Below are positions 1-9,990 of a stretch of DNA of 64,000 nucleotides, piece by piece. Numbering within the stretch: position 1 is the stretch's first letter; each line of letters opens with the position of its first letter. A program made the position numbers and the translations under genes. Origin of the DNA: a virus (taxonomy: Duplodnaviria; Caudoviricetes). The stretch lies in the IMG/VR virus record IMGVR_UViG_3300010885_082162, positions 1 to 64,000 of that record; one strand, 5' to 3'. The notes under the pieces are model-generated. The model ran no database searches. It was not told where the DNA came from and worked only from the letters and a program-made list of their open reading frames with translations.

Positions 1-1118
1 CCAAATAGCCTATCCGTTTTATCCTTATAACCAGAAATTTCTTTTGCTATGTTACATTGTAAAAGTGGAACTATAGACAAGCCGAAAAAGGGATCACCCG
101 AGAAAAGGGGGGTTGATGAAATATAAGGTGAAAATGATGCCAGCACTTGTTGCTGGCTGTTGGTGGTGATAGGTGGAGAATAAGCTACTTTTGTTTGTGG
201 CTGTAAACCTGTCGCTTTAGGATTTGCAAGACCTACAGTAGCTATAAGTAGCAAAGCACCGTTAGTTGACGAGTTTAAATTTTTATTTAAAACAACGTGA
301 CTTTTTACAGGTGCATTTGAAGAAAAGCTTATTAAACCTAATTTATTTTGTGTGCTGGGTATTGTCAATAGATCGTATAAAGTGTTTTTATATAAATCTA
401 GATTTGAATAGCCTTGTTCAACCGCGCCATCAATAACAGAATCATTATTATGAAGAATAATTTGTTTTTTAAGCAGTAATAGAACAGTAGCATAAATTGT
501 GGTATTAGAAAAATTGCTAGGGCTTGTTGTATCTAAATCTTTAATGTTCTCTGAAGATAAAAGATCATCTATTGGGTACTGAAAAACGTTTTTCTGCAGT
601 TTTCTAATATCTAGAGAAAAAACTGCTTCTTCAAATTTGGTTAATAATTCGCTGACAGGCGCTAATTGTTTGTTAGCGATATTAACAAAAGATATTCTTT
701 TTTCAACAATCTTTTTGAGCGTACTATCTTTTACTACAATAATTTTAGCTGCTGTTGATGCTGTTAAAGTTTGAGCTGCCTCTTTAACTGAGAGCGCATA
801 ATCTCTATCTTGAGCTTGATTAAATCCAAAGCTTGTAATGTTACCTGTATCTTGCAAGGGAAGATATTCAGCAGACGAAATTATTACAGGTTCATCCTGC
901 GGCAGCAATGTGTAGATTGTAAATTCTGTAGCTGCGGTTGCCTGTGCTTGTAAGCCAGGGTCAGTCACATTATTCTGAGTATATACACTTGATGGAGGTG
1001 AAGGCACTATTTTGGGAAGCAATGAGGGGCTGAGAACGACGAGAGGCGTTTGTATTATAGTTGTTGCCTTAGTGTTATAGCCGTTTTGCGCGGGTGATGC
1101 TTTGCTTGGTTTTCCCAT
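1..1118 (-). CDS. Partial hypothetical protein (>372 aa), probably virion-associated; runs off the left edge
   Basis: Not in the ORF track. I translated it by hand: ATG at 1118 (MGKPSKASPAQNGYNTKATT...) stays open to base 1. It follows 1126..3555 on the same strand after a 7-nt gap. Confidence 0.8.
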   Translation of the reverse strand, partial: MGKPSKASPAQNGYNTKATTIIQTPLVVLSPSLLPKIVPSPPSSVYTQNNVTDPGLQAQATAATEFTIYTLLPQDEPVIISSAEYLPLQDTGNITSFGFNQAQDRDYALSVKEAAQTLTASTAAKIIVVKDSTLKKIVEKRISFVNIANKQLAPVSELLTKFEEAVFSLDIRKLQKNVFQYPIDDLLSSENIKDLDTTSPSNFSNTTIYATVLLLLKKQIILHNNDSVIDGAVEQGYSNLDLYKNTLYDLLTIPSTQNKLGLISFSSNAPVKSHVVLNKNLNSSTNGALLLIATVGLANPKATGLQPQTKVAYSPPITTNSQQQVLASFSPYISSTPLFSGDPFFGLSIVPLLQCNIAKEISGYKDKTDRLF

Positions 1119-1125
1119 AAAAATC

Positions 1126-3555
1126 TTAAATTTTGTCGACAGTATCTGGGGATATTAAAAGGGGATTACTACTAGTAGACTCACCTAATGAGTAATCATT
1201 TTTTACAGGGACGACATCATAATACATAGTACCTATATCAGAATCAAAATTAATTTTGTGGTATATGTAAAAATCACTTGTTGTTCCTATTATAGACTTT
1301 TTACCATTTACAACTTTAGAAACGATAAAACAATCAAATGCACCGTTTACGCTTGGCCATGAAATTTTCATCATGGTTCTAGTAAGTCTTTCAACAGAAA
1401 CACTTTGCACTAAGATGTTAGTAGACTCAGTATTGAACTCAATATTTTGAGCGATTGTTATACCAATAAAATCTGTCATAAACAAGTCTTTTTCAAGCTC
1501 ATTATCTTCGTCTGCTTGAAGTATTCCTGTATTAATAACATTTGGACTTTTCCATTTAGACGGCTTATAAAACCATTCTTTACCGCTAACTGACGTTCCA
1601 GTAGATAAAAAATTCTTTATTAGATTGACAGGATTTCGCTTGTAAGACTCAACTTCATATGTGTATTGTCGTCCTGGTACTAGTGAAGAAATACTTGATT
1701 GTATCTGTGTTTCTTGATTATCAATAAATGTTCCGTTGGTAATAATATCAAAAGATTCTCTTCTACCGTCTATCTGATCAATTCTTGATACTTTATGATA
1801 GAGCGTCTCTTCAAAGTCTTTTTCTTCACTTGAAATTTGCTGAGTAACAGAGCCAATTATTAATTTATCTTCCTCAGCTTTTAGAAGCGCTATCTTTGAA
1901 TTCTTTTTTAGTTTTGTTGAGCTTATGCTAAACTGTATGCTATCATTATTGATGTTTATATTGTTTAGCTCAACAGAATAAGCATTAGTATTGATATATT
2001 TGACTTCAACAAATTGAGGTAAAGTTACACCCACGAGTATATTGTTATTATCAAATACTTCTATGAAATATTCATAAAAATGACCTAATAAAATATTATT
2101 ATCATTTAAGATAAAAGAGTTGATTGTTTCTGTAATATTACTTGTTCTAATGACTTCAAAGTCTGAATTAGAAGAATTAGTACAGTCTCTTCTATGAATT
2201 TTTAATTTATTTATATTTGATAAAGTATTAAGCTTTATATTAAGCTCAATATTGCTGATATCGATTTGTCGAACATGAAAAAACAAGGACTTTGATTTTA
2301 GGCTTACATTATTTGGCAAAGATGAAAAAAGTACATCTGAGAAAATGTTAGACTCGCCAAAAGCAGTAACTGGCTTTACTCTATAACACGCTTGATAGTT
2401 CGAGATAGTATCAAAAAACTCTGTATAGACTTCATTCTTTTCCAGATTTTTAATAAAAGCAAATTTTCCGTTATCGTTTGAAAAGTTCTTTATGTAAAGA
2501 TTAAATCCTCTTATCTTTTTTTCATCTACTGCAGTTAAAAGTGGAGAAATTGAAACCGAATTAACAAGACTGTTTACATGAGTCTTGCTAACATTTGTAT
2601 TAATAGCTTGTATGTTATTATAGTAAGCTTCAAGGCACCTAGCTAAATTAATTGGAATAACCAGCTGCTCGTCTTCTGTGTTTGGAGCGTTGCCAGCAAA
2701 TAAAGATAATTTTAAAAAAACAGAACCTTCTTGAAGTAATGATATTGGAAGATTAACAACTTCAGAAAGCGTTAAGCTTTCAAGATATTTTGATGTGTTT
2801 TGTTTAACATAATAGTTTAAGCTTTGATTATTAATTTGAGCACTATTATTTGTGTTTAGAATTGTGTCAATTAACTGACTAGAAAAATGAGAGTTTAAAT
2901 TAATTGAATCACTTATATAGTTTAAAACAATTTGACTAATGCTTAAATTTTCTCTAATTAATTCATTTTTAAAATCTTGAAAAGTTATACTTCCTGCACT
3001 AGAGTATCTCTTTTCTTGGTAAGTACTAACAAATTCCGGCAGAATCAAATCTGTAAAGTAAACTTTTTCTTTTAGCGCTTTGATAATCTTGTCACCAATA
3101 AACGCTGTTTTTGAAGCTATTGAATTAACTTGGCCGGGCTTATTAACAAAATTATTAATTAAAGTAGCTGCTATGTCATATTTTGCTTGTGAAGTAGGAG
3201 AAATTGTAGGCTTAACTAAAAAAGTCTTTTTAAAATTAGAATTTTGAACAAAATTTGACGTAGATGAATTTCTTTGATAATTTTTACTAATTAAGTTTCT
3301 TTTTACAAATGAGCTATTTAAATCTTCTGAATACTCTTTCGTATTGACTTGAGAATTTTGCTGCTGTGAAGTAAATGTTAATTTAACTTTTGTGTATTGT
3401 AGTGGATTTTTTGCTGAATTATTTAAAATCAGCGTATAATAAACTTTTAAAGTAAAAAATTGTTCGCTTACATCTATTATCTCAGGTAAAGCTTCGCTAT
3501 CTAGAGTGAGAATCTTTGATGCCGAGTTTTTTATAGTTTTTAGTTTAACTGACAT
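1126..3555 (-). CDS. Large hypothetical virion protein with FN3/Ig-like beta-sandwich segments in the C-terminal half
   Basis: 809 aa, N/S/T-rich. FN3-like strand patterns (YRVKPVTAFG, QYTYEVESY, MKISWPSV...YYDVVPV). Tightly coupled to its neighbours. Confidence 0.6.
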   Translation of the reverse strand: MSVKLKTIKNSASKILTLDSEALPEIIDVSEQFFTLKVYYTLILNNSAKNPLQYTKVKLTFTSQQQNSQVNTKEYSEDLNSSFVKRNLISKNYQRNSSTSNFVQNSNFKKTFLVKPTISPTSQAKYDIAATLINNFVNKPGQVNSIASKTAFIGDKIIKALKEKVYFTDLILPEFVSTYQEKRYSSAGSITFQDFKNELIRENLSISQIVLNYISDSINLNSHFSSQLIDTILNTNNSAQINNQSLNYYVKQNTSKYLESLTLSEVVNLPISLLQEGSVFLKLSLFAGNAPNTEDEQLVIPINLARCLEAYYNNIQAINTNVSKTHVNSLVNSVSISPLLTAVDEKKIRGFNLYIKNFSNDNGKFAFIKNLEKNEVYTEFFDTISNYQACYRVKPVTAFGESNIFSDVLFSSLPNNVSLKSKSLFFHVRQIDISNIELNIKLNTLSNINKLKIHRRDCTNSSNSDFEVIRTSNITETINSFILNDNNILLGHFYEYFIEVFDNNNILVGVTLPQFVEVKYINTNAYSVELNNININNDSIQFSISSTKLKKNSKIALLKAEEDKLIIGSVTQQISSEEKDFEETLYHKVSRIDQIDGRRESFDIITNGTFIDNQETQIQSSISSLVPGRQYTYEVESYKRNPVNLIKNFLSTGTSVSGKEWFYKPSKWKSPNVINTGILQADEDNELEKDLFMTDFIGITIAQNIEFNTESTNILVQSVSVERLTRTMMKISWPSVNGAFDCFIVSKVVNGKKSIIGTTSDFYIYHKINFDSDIGTMYYDVVPVKNDYSLGESTSSNPLLISPDTVDKI

Positions 3556-3558
3556 AAA

Positions 3559-5049
3559 TTAGTCTTCTTCTGAACCTTGCGAAAACACTAAAGTGAATAT
3601 ATTAGTAAAACAAGTTGTTCCTCTGTCATCTAAAAAGACTTTTCCTGCAAAATAAACTCTCTTTTTTATAATTGCGCCAGGTTCTTGTCTAATAAAGCCA
3701 TAATCGATTATATCAAGCTTATTAACACCCATTGAGTTAACGTCAAATAGTTGGCATAAAAGATTATTTTGTCTAGTAGTATTTTCAAAATTTACTGTCT
3801 TTTTTATGAATCCCTTCAAAGATGTCAATAAATCTTTATAAAACATCGGTGTTGTATTATTACCAAGTGGACTGAAATTAGAAAGTTCTTTAGCTATACC
3901 ATCACTAGATTTGGCAATAGGCGGAAGAAATTTAAAGTTAGGTATGCTTGTCATCCTTTTGTCAGCGAATAACGAGTTAATTGAATTAAGCGAGGGTTTT
4001 TGAGTTAGAACGCTGCTTATGCTATTTGGAATTTGACTTAAGTCAAAAGTTATCTCTTCAGGAAAGATATCAAATCTATCTTCTTGAAATATGGAATCTA
4101 TTGTTGAGATAATTCCAATCTCTTTAAAGTTGTCAAATGAAGATGTTAATATACCCACAATTTTAGATGCAAAGTCTGCATTAGTCAGTTCTATTCTGTC
4201 TTTTCTGCCACCAAGAAAAGAATTCTCAATAACAAATGGGTGTATTCCAGTACTTGAATTAAGAATAAATGCGCCTGATCCTGTTAGAAGGCTCAGCGTA
4301 ACTTTATCATGACTGCCGCTAGTGTCTGTTATATAAATGTAATTGTCTCTATCGACTGATTCTATATGTGGACCTGGCGATGGGCCGCCGATATACGTTG
4401 ATCCTACTTGTGAAGCAGAGAAGATTGTCGCCTGAATAAGTGTTGTGAAGTCTCTTGCATTTATTCCTCCTTGAATTCCGATATAGTAAGAACTACTTTC
4501 GATCGCTGAGCTTCTATAAGAACTAGAAACAACACCTGGAAATTTACTGGGATCTAGTATAAAATCAGCTTTTTTCTTATCACTGTCTGTGATAGAAAAT
4601 CCTATTCCTGTTCCGCCAACAACGGGGTATTCATCTGCAGATCCCAGGAGCGAGGGATCGATGCCAGGCTTTCTAATCTCTAAACGCGGACCAAAATTTA
4701 ACTGATAAGCTGATGGTTTTCCACTTTTTTCAAATAAAATTTCAAGAGGCTTTGGGAGAAGAGTACTCGAGTCTAATTGGTCAAAGATAATTTGATCATC
4801 TCTAAAAGCAATAATATTACCATCATCATTGGCTTCAAATATAACCTGATCTTGAGGTAAATTACATGCTTCAAGGTAGATTTTTCCAACTGGATCTATG
4901 TGGCCTTCAATTTCGTCAGCCTTATAACCGACCTCATTATCTGAAAAAGTTGCAAAGGATACTCTAAATGTACCTTCTGCCTTCTGCCTTCTGCCTTCAG
5001 AAGTCAAGATGACATCCATGATTCTAGACTTACTATCGAGTATTCCCAT
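3559..5049 (-). CDS. Hypothetical tail/baseplate-associated structural protein
   Basis: 496 aa. N-terminus MGILDSKSRIMDVILTSEGRRQKAEGTFRVSFATFSD resembles the 'ILT..G...LA' start of phage tail-collar/fibre proteins (weak, from memory). Rich in SGS/TGS/SSS motifs like the right-arm baseplate proteins. Confidence 0.5.
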   Translation of the reverse strand: MGILDSKSRIMDVILTSEGRRQKAEGTFRVSFATFSDNEVGYKADEIEGHIDPVGKIYLEACNLPQDQVIFEANDDGNIIAFRDDQIIFDQLDSSTLLPKPLEILFEKSGKPSAYQLNFGPRLEIRKPGIDPSLLGSADEYPVVGGTGIGFSITDSDKKKADFILDPSKFPGVVSSSYRSSAIESSSYYIGIQGGINARDFTTLIQATIFSASQVGSTYIGGPSPGPHIESVDRDNYIYITDTSGSHDKVTLSLLTGSGAFILNSSTGIHPFVIENSFLGGRKDRIELTNADFASKIVGILTSSFDNFKEIGIISTIDSIFQEDRFDIFPEEITFDLSQIPNSISSVLTQKPSLNSINSLFADKRMTSIPNFKFLPPIAKSSDGIAKELSNFSPLGNNTTPMFYKDLLTSLKGFIKKTVNFENTTRQNNLLCQLFDVNSMGVNKLDIIDYGFIRQEPGAIIKKRVYFAGKVFLDDRGTTCFTNIFTLVFSQGSEED

Positions 5050-5102
5050 ATAGCAACTTCTTCATCTAAAATTATACAACAACTAAAGTATACAACCTAA
5101 CT

Positions 5103-6479
5103 TTATAGTATTTTCGATGCCAAAGTTGCTAATTCACTTCTTTCACCCTTTAGAAGTGTAACATGGCCTGAGATATCATAGTCCTTAAATTTCTCTATAG
5201 CATGTGTTAAACCGTTTGTAAAAGAATCAACGTGCACGTTATCAATTTGCTCAAGATCACCGGTTAGAACTATCTTAGTGCCTTCGCCAGCACGTGTGAT
5301 AATTGTTTTTAATTCATGCGTAGTTAAGTTTTGTGCTTCGTCTATTATGATGAAAGCATTAGGAATAGATCTGCCTCTGATATAAGTGATGGCTTCTATT
5401 TCAATAAGCCCTTTTTGTTGCATTAGATCGAGATATGGATCATTAAAAAGATTTTGAGAATCTTCAGATTTCTTACTTCTTGTTCTTGTTAGCTTTTTAT
5501 TAGAAGCGATAGAGTTAAGAAGATACTCAAGATTATCTCTAACGGGTGCAACCCATGGCGCCATCTTTTCAGCAAGCGTACCTGGTAAAAATCCTATGTC
5601 TTTGCCAACAGGATGAATAGGACGGGAAACAATTAGTTTTTGATAAGTTTGATGTGTACCGATAGAATCCAGCTGTGCTAGCCCAGCTGCTAATGCTAGC
5701 AGTGTTTTACCGCAACCTGCTCTACCAGTAAGTGTTAGAAGTTTAACTTCAGGGTTCATCAGAAGATCAAAAGAAAAATTCTGCTCTTTATTCCTTGGTT
5801 TTATACCAAAGATATTATCGAATTTTTGTAGCTGTAACAATTGCCCACTCTTGCTCAATCGACAAAGCGCTGAAGTTGTCGTAGAGTCAGAAGATTTGAG
5901 AACAAATAATTGATTAGGATATGTTACATCTTTTGTGATTTCTTTAATGTTGACCTCTTTGTCAGCATAGAATCTATTAATCACATCATTAGGCGCAATT
6001 AAAACTTTGACACCCGTGTATAGCGAATCAAAACTGTCAGATGCTCTCATACTCAGATAGTCTTGAGCTTGAATGGCTAATGATGAACATTTTATTCTAA
6101 CATTAATGTCTTTAGAAACCAAAAAGACTTTGTCCGAGCATTTTTTAGAATACTCCAACGCAAAATTAATGATCATATTGTCAACAATCGTTGAGTCAAG
6201 ATCACCTTTTTTAGGTTTTTTTTCTAAAGAAGTCATCACCCGAAGTGTTCCTCCGGATGGTAACTGTACGCCGTCTTTCAACGATCCGGATTTTGACAAT
6301 TCGTCAAGAGTTCTAGAAACTTCTCGACAATTTCTACCGACCTCGTCTGAACGCGATTTATGTTTATCGAGTTCTTCCAAGACAAGCATAGGAATTATTA
6401 AGTCATTATCTTTAAAGTTATTAAAGAAATGCGGATCGCTCAGCAAAACATTTGTGTCAAGTATATAAGTTTTTCTCAT
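5103..6479 (-). CDS. phoH: PhoH family ATPase with N-terminal PIN domain (PhoH2/YlaK type)
   Basis: PIN motif ILDTNVLL...VLEELD...SKD; Walker A GRAGCGKT; PhoH motifs IGFLPG, YIRGRSI, IIDEAQN, GDLEQID. Confidence 0.93.
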   Translation of the reverse strand: MRKTYILDTNVLLSDPHFFNNFKDNDLIIPMLVLEELDKHKSRSDEVGRNCREVSRTLDELSKSGSLKDGVQLPSGGTLRVMTSLEKKPKKGDLDSTIVDNMIINFALEYSKKCSDKVFLVSKDINVRIKCSSLAIQAQDYLSMRASDSFDSLYTGVKVLIAPNDVINRFYADKEVNIKEITKDVTYPNQLFVLKSSDSTTTSALCRLSKSGQLLQLQKFDNIFGIKPRNKEQNFSFDLLMNPEVKLLTLTGRAGCGKTLLALAAGLAQLDSIGTHQTYQKLIVSRPIHPVGKDIGFLPGTLAEKMAPWVAPVRDNLEYLLNSIASNKKLTRTRSKKSEDSQNLFNDPYLDLMQQKGLIEIEAITYIRGRSIPNAFIIIDEAQNLTTHELKTIITRAGEGTKIVLTGDLEQIDNVHVDSFTNGLTHAIEKFKDYDISGHVTLLKGERSELATLASKIL

Positions 6480-6544
6480 GAATTTATTAGTATTTTGTAC
6501 AAGACCCTGTCTAAGATAAAATATACTGTTTAAGAGAAGATGTC

Positions 6545-6823
6545 ATGTTAAACACTATAATAAAAAAAAGATTACCAATTATTACACAAGATCAAACTTG
6601 CTTTGATTTAGTTGATTCATCTAGTTTTAATTGCCAAAAGAGTTCATGTAAGCAATGGATACCATACGAAGGTGGTAAAAATTGTGTATTAATAACAACA
6701 AGAAAAGGTCCCCTAACCCTTAGAGAAATAGGGGACATCTATGGTTTAACTAGAATGAGAATCTGTCAAATTGAAAAGAAAATTTACAAGAAAATTAGAG
6801 ATCACATAATTTTAGCAATGTGA
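6545..6823 (+). CDS. Stand-alone sigma70 region 4 (HTH) protein with Cys-rich N-terminus
   Basis: PLTLREIGDIYGLTRMRICQIEKKIYKKIR matches the sigma70 region 4.2 consensus (TLEEVG..F.VTRERIRQIEAKALRKLR). Four Cys upstream. Only plus-strand gene in the left arm. Confidence 0.8.
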   Translation: MLNTIIKKRLPIITQDQTCFDLVDSSSFNCQKSSCKQWIPYEGGKNCVLITTRKGPLTLREIGDIYGLTRMRICQIEKKIYKKIRDHIILAM

Positions 6824-6843
6824 TTAAATCAATATGCCTTGGT

Positions 6844-7140
6844 TTATTTTGATTTGACAGATTTTTTCTTTTTTAAATTTGTCTCTGAGCTATTTGCTTC
6901 AACAAGGCTAGGTGTTTCTTCAGCAAGATTAAGATCAGGTGTTTCTTCAACAAGGCTGGGTGTTTGGGATATAACTACAGGTTCTGCTATAGCTAAAACT
7001 TCATCCACAACCCCAGCCTTGTCATTATCTGTCTGCTCAATTAACTGAATAAACTTACCATTGACAAACTCAAATGGCTTTCTAGGATTTACACCATCTC
7101 TAGCCATCTGCTGTAAGATTTTTATTTGTTGCCTACTCAT
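6844..7140 (-). CDS. Hypothetical protein with short internal repeat and Lys-rich tail
   Basis: 98 aa. TPSLVEE...TPSLVEA repeat (21-nt near-identical DNA copies at 6897-6917 and 6945-6965). Ends KKKKSVKSK. Fills the gap between genes. Confidence 0.6.
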   Translation of the reverse strand: MSRQQIKILQQMARDGVNPRKPFEFVNGKFIQLIEQTDNDKAGVVDEVLAIAEPVVISQTPSLVEETPDLNLAEETPSLVEANSSETNLKKKKSVKSK

Positions 7141-7149
7141 ATTAAAAAA

Positions 7150-7353
7150 TCATTCCTCAGATTTTTTTCTCTTATCGCTCTCCAACGTAAGCTTAACAAG
7201 CTCCTTTGAAGATGCTGCAACTTGTCGAAGACCTTTTCTAACTCTTACGCCTGCAGCTGCAACGCCACGAGCATTTTTAGCGACGTCGACCTCGAGCGCT
7301 TCAACTAGTGTCTTAAGTTCATTCCATTTATCTAAAACTGTTTCTGATGACAT
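7150..7353 (-). CDS. Histone H1-like protein, Hc1 family (N-terminal domain only)
   Basis: WNELKTLVEALEVDVAKNARGVAAAGVRVRKGLRQV matches the Hc1-like pattern (LK.LV..LE.D..K...GNKAAG.R.RKGL). AGGAG upstream. Confidence 0.8.
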   Translation of the reverse strand: MSSETVLDKWNELKTLVEALEVDVAKNARGVAAAGVRVRKGLRQVAASSKELVKLTLESDKRKKSEE

Positions 7354-7405
7354 TGTATATCAATCTCCTGAATCTTTAATATAACTTCTTCATCAGCTGT
7401 GTAAA

Positions 7406-9064
7406 TTATGTACAAATTTTTCCAATATGTCCTTCAAACATTTTTCTATTCTTTGAATAAAACATAGACCAATCAGCATCTAAAATATAAGACTCAGCAT
7501 GATCTGTCTCATTTCTAATAGATCTGCCTAAAGATTGAATTAAAGATTTGGAAGTTGCATATGCGTACCACTCTTTATTTTTTTCAAGACGTTTTTTTAC
7601 TACAGCATCACCAAGATATGGAAATGGCACCTTACATATAATCTGAAACCTGCTAAGCTCATCTGAAAGATCTACACCTTCCATCATAGAGGGACTTACT
7701 AAAACAGTAGGTTCGCTGGAAGTCATATGATGCTTAAGCACTGCGTCTCGATTAGTCGACTCGTGTGAAAGAAGTCTATCTGTTTTAATATTTTCCATGA
7801 GATATTTGGAAATCTTATAATTCACAGTGTGAATGACGCCCTTTTCATTCTTGTGCTTTTCAAGCAACATCTTTATAGCTTCTACAAGGATAGGTAAACT
7901 TGTCTCAATATTGTTTCTTGACATGCTTCCTACAGGCATAAAGTGCACAGGTCTATTATCGTCTGAAAATGGACTGCGTCTCTTCATATAAGCTATGTCT
8001 AGTGCATTCAGGCCAATTGACTCACAAAAAACGTTTTTGTCTACAATAGTAGCAGACATCATTAAAATTCTTGTAGCTTTTGAAAAGAGATGTTTTTCGC
8101 AATAAGGAGAAACATCAACAGTTTTAAATTCAAATCGATGTGTAATATTGGTCTTGCTTCCTTGACCATATAATTTCTTTTCTATGTTCATGACCCAGCT
8201 CTTGTAATCATGCACTTCAATAAACTTTTCAAGTTTTTCTAAATGCTTCTGTACTAACTCGTAGCTTTTTGATGAATCTATACACTTGTTCAAAGAAGAA
8301 GAATTTTTCTTAAGCGTTGACTCAAGCTTTACTGCATACTTTTTTAAAACACTCAAATAAGTGTCTTTAACCCAGTCAAATATAGCTTTCTGCTCGTGAA
8401 TTTTAGGCACTTTAATTTTTAAGACATCGTTGCAGAATTTTTCAGAAAAGCTAACTTCAATAAATCTTCCAACTTCTGATTCTATATTATGTGCCTCGTC
8501 AATGACTAGTAGCGCACGAGGCGTTAACTTACCTGAATGAGATGTTTCTGCAAGAAAATAAGAAAAATTTGTTATAGAAATGGATGAGTCAATAAACGCC
8601 TGTTTTTCTTGACTATACTGGCATTGTTTAGTGCAGTGGTCTTGAAATTCTGTGCCCTTTAAGCTTTTAGACAAACGGCTTAGAAGCATTTTTGATTCTG
8701 CACACGTTTGATCATCATAGAAAGAACAAGCGTAATTTGAAGAAGACTTGATTGTTCTTAATAACGGAAGTTTAGTATTTGGGCCAAAGTCTCTTACATA
8801 TTGTTCTTGTAAGATTTTTTGCGTGGTAAGAACATATGCACCTGACATTGATTCACCGCTCTCATCAGTCTGACAAGGGAAATGATCGTTTAGGTATCTA
8901 GCGATTGTAATTCCTATTACAGATTTACCTGTGCCTGTTCCTAACTCAAGCAAAACATGTTTTTTACCTGATTCATAGGAATCAATAGCAAATTCAATCG
9001 CTTCTTTTTGTTCCTTTCTCATTTCTTTAAAAGGAAAATAGTGTCGATATTCGTGTAGAGGCAT
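7406..9064 (-). CDS. DinG/XPD(Rad3)-family SF2 DNA helicase
   Basis: Q-motif RKEQ, Walker A ELGTGTGKS, DEAH, MSAT, MEGVD, KVPFPYLGD, QSLGRSIR. Cys cluster consistent with an Fe-S domain. Confidence 0.92.
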   Translation of the reverse strand: MPLHEYRHYFPFKEMRKEQKEAIEFAIDSYESGKKHVLLELGTGTGKSVIGITIARYLNDHFPCQTDESGESMSGAYVLTTQKILQEQYVRDFGPNTKLPLLRTIKSSSNYACSFYDDQTCAESKMLLSRLSKSLKGTEFQDHCTKQCQYSQEKQAFIDSSISITNFSYFLAETSHSGKLTPRALLVIDEAHNIESEVGRFIEVSFSEKFCNDVLKIKVPKIHEQKAIFDWVKDTYLSVLKKYAVKLESTLKKNSSSLNKCIDSSKSYELVQKHLEKLEKFIEVHDYKSWVMNIEKKLYGQGSKTNITHRFEFKTVDVSPYCEKHLFSKATRILMMSATIVDKNVFCESIGLNALDIAYMKRRSPFSDDNRPVHFMPVGSMSRNNIETSLPILVEAIKMLLEKHKNEKGVIHTVNYKISKYLMENIKTDRLLSHESTNRDAVLKHHMTSSEPTVLVSPSMMEGVDLSDELSRFQIICKVPFPYLGDAVVKKRLEKNKEWYAYATSKSLIQSLGRSIRNETDHAESYILDADWSMFYSKNRKMFEGHIGKICT

Positions 9065-9107
9065 TCAGTCTACACAATATAATACAAAGAGATAAATTAC
9101 AAATTTA

Positions 9108-9710
9108 CTATTCACCAATGATCTTATCGACAATTCCCATCTTTATCGCTTCTTGCGGCGATAAATAGACGTCATGGCCACGCTTCATAATATTTTCAAT
9201 ATCTTCTTTTGATAGTTTGGTTTCTTTTGCAATAGCAGTTGCCATTTGCACTTGCAATCGCTTACTTTCTTCTACATCATTCATTAACTCAAAGATATTT
9301 CCAGCAGACCCACCAGATATTGGATGCATCATAATTCTAGCTGATCTACCAATCATTCTTTTTCCTTTTTCGCCTGATGCAAGTAGAAGTACACCGGCAG
9401 ACATAACTTTGCCTAAAGCAATCGTATGAACTGGACATGGTAAAAACTTTATAGCATCATATAAAGTAAACATCTCATCAACAGATCCACCGTATGTTGA
9501 AATGACAAGATGAATTGGTTTGTGATTTTGACTAGCAAGATGCAACATTTGCATCATTACTGTTGATATTGATTGTTCATTAACATCGCAGTGAAGTACT
9601 AATAACCGAGAGCTATCTCCTACTTGAATATGAACACCTGATGACTCGTAGTCATAATTTCCTCTTTTAGATGCATCACCATGATTGCTGATTATGTAAG
9701 ATCTACCCAT
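9108..9710 (-). CDS. clpP: ATP-dependent Clp protease proteolytic subunit
   Basis: ISTYGGSV, VMSAG (catalytic Ser), IMMHP (His), HDVYLSPQEAIKMGIVDKI (Asp): triad intact. Confidence 0.92.
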   Translation of the reverse strand: MGRSYIISNHGDASKRGNYDYESSGVHIQVGDSSRLLVLHCDVNEQSISTVMMQMLHLASQNHKPIHLVISTYGGSVDEMFTLYDAIKFLPCPVHTIALGKVMSAGVLLLASGEKGKRMIGRSARIMMHPISGGSAGNIFELMNDVEESKRLQVQMATAIAKETKLSKEDIENIMKRGHDVYLSPQEAIKMGIVDKIIGE

Positions 9711-9984
9711 TTTTATTTACTTCTTCCTCGGCCCAATTATCTTCACCATGACTGTACAACTTAGAAACAAAAATATCTTTTTCTTTTTTAGTTTTAATAA
9801 AAGAAATCATGTCTTTCATGTCTTGAATGTTTTCTATTTCTAAGCTTAGCAAATGAAGAATCATCCATCTTTGCCTGTCACTAATTCCAAACGTATTAAT
9901 CTCGCTTACAATCTGTAGCGCAATTTTTTTATCTTCGGCAATTTTTTCAGTTTGTAATTGACCGTAAAGCATCTCATTCATCAT
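9703..9984 (-). CDS. Hypothetical protein
   Basis: 93-aa ORF overlapping the clpP start by 8 nt; GAGG upstream. Confidence 0.7.
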   Translation of the reverse strand: MMNEMLYGQLQTEKIAEDKKIALQIVSEINTFGISDRQRWMILHLLSLEIENIQDMKDMISFIKTKKEKDIFVSKLYSHGEDNWAEEEVNKNG

Positions 9985-9990
9985 TTTACC

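Noticed and set aside
5055-7394. Shared 12-mer AACTTCTTCATC in two intergenic regions (5055-5066, 7383-7394)
   Set aside because: The distance to the start codon differs and only two copies were seen. A 12-mer match is plausible by chance in AT-rich DNA.
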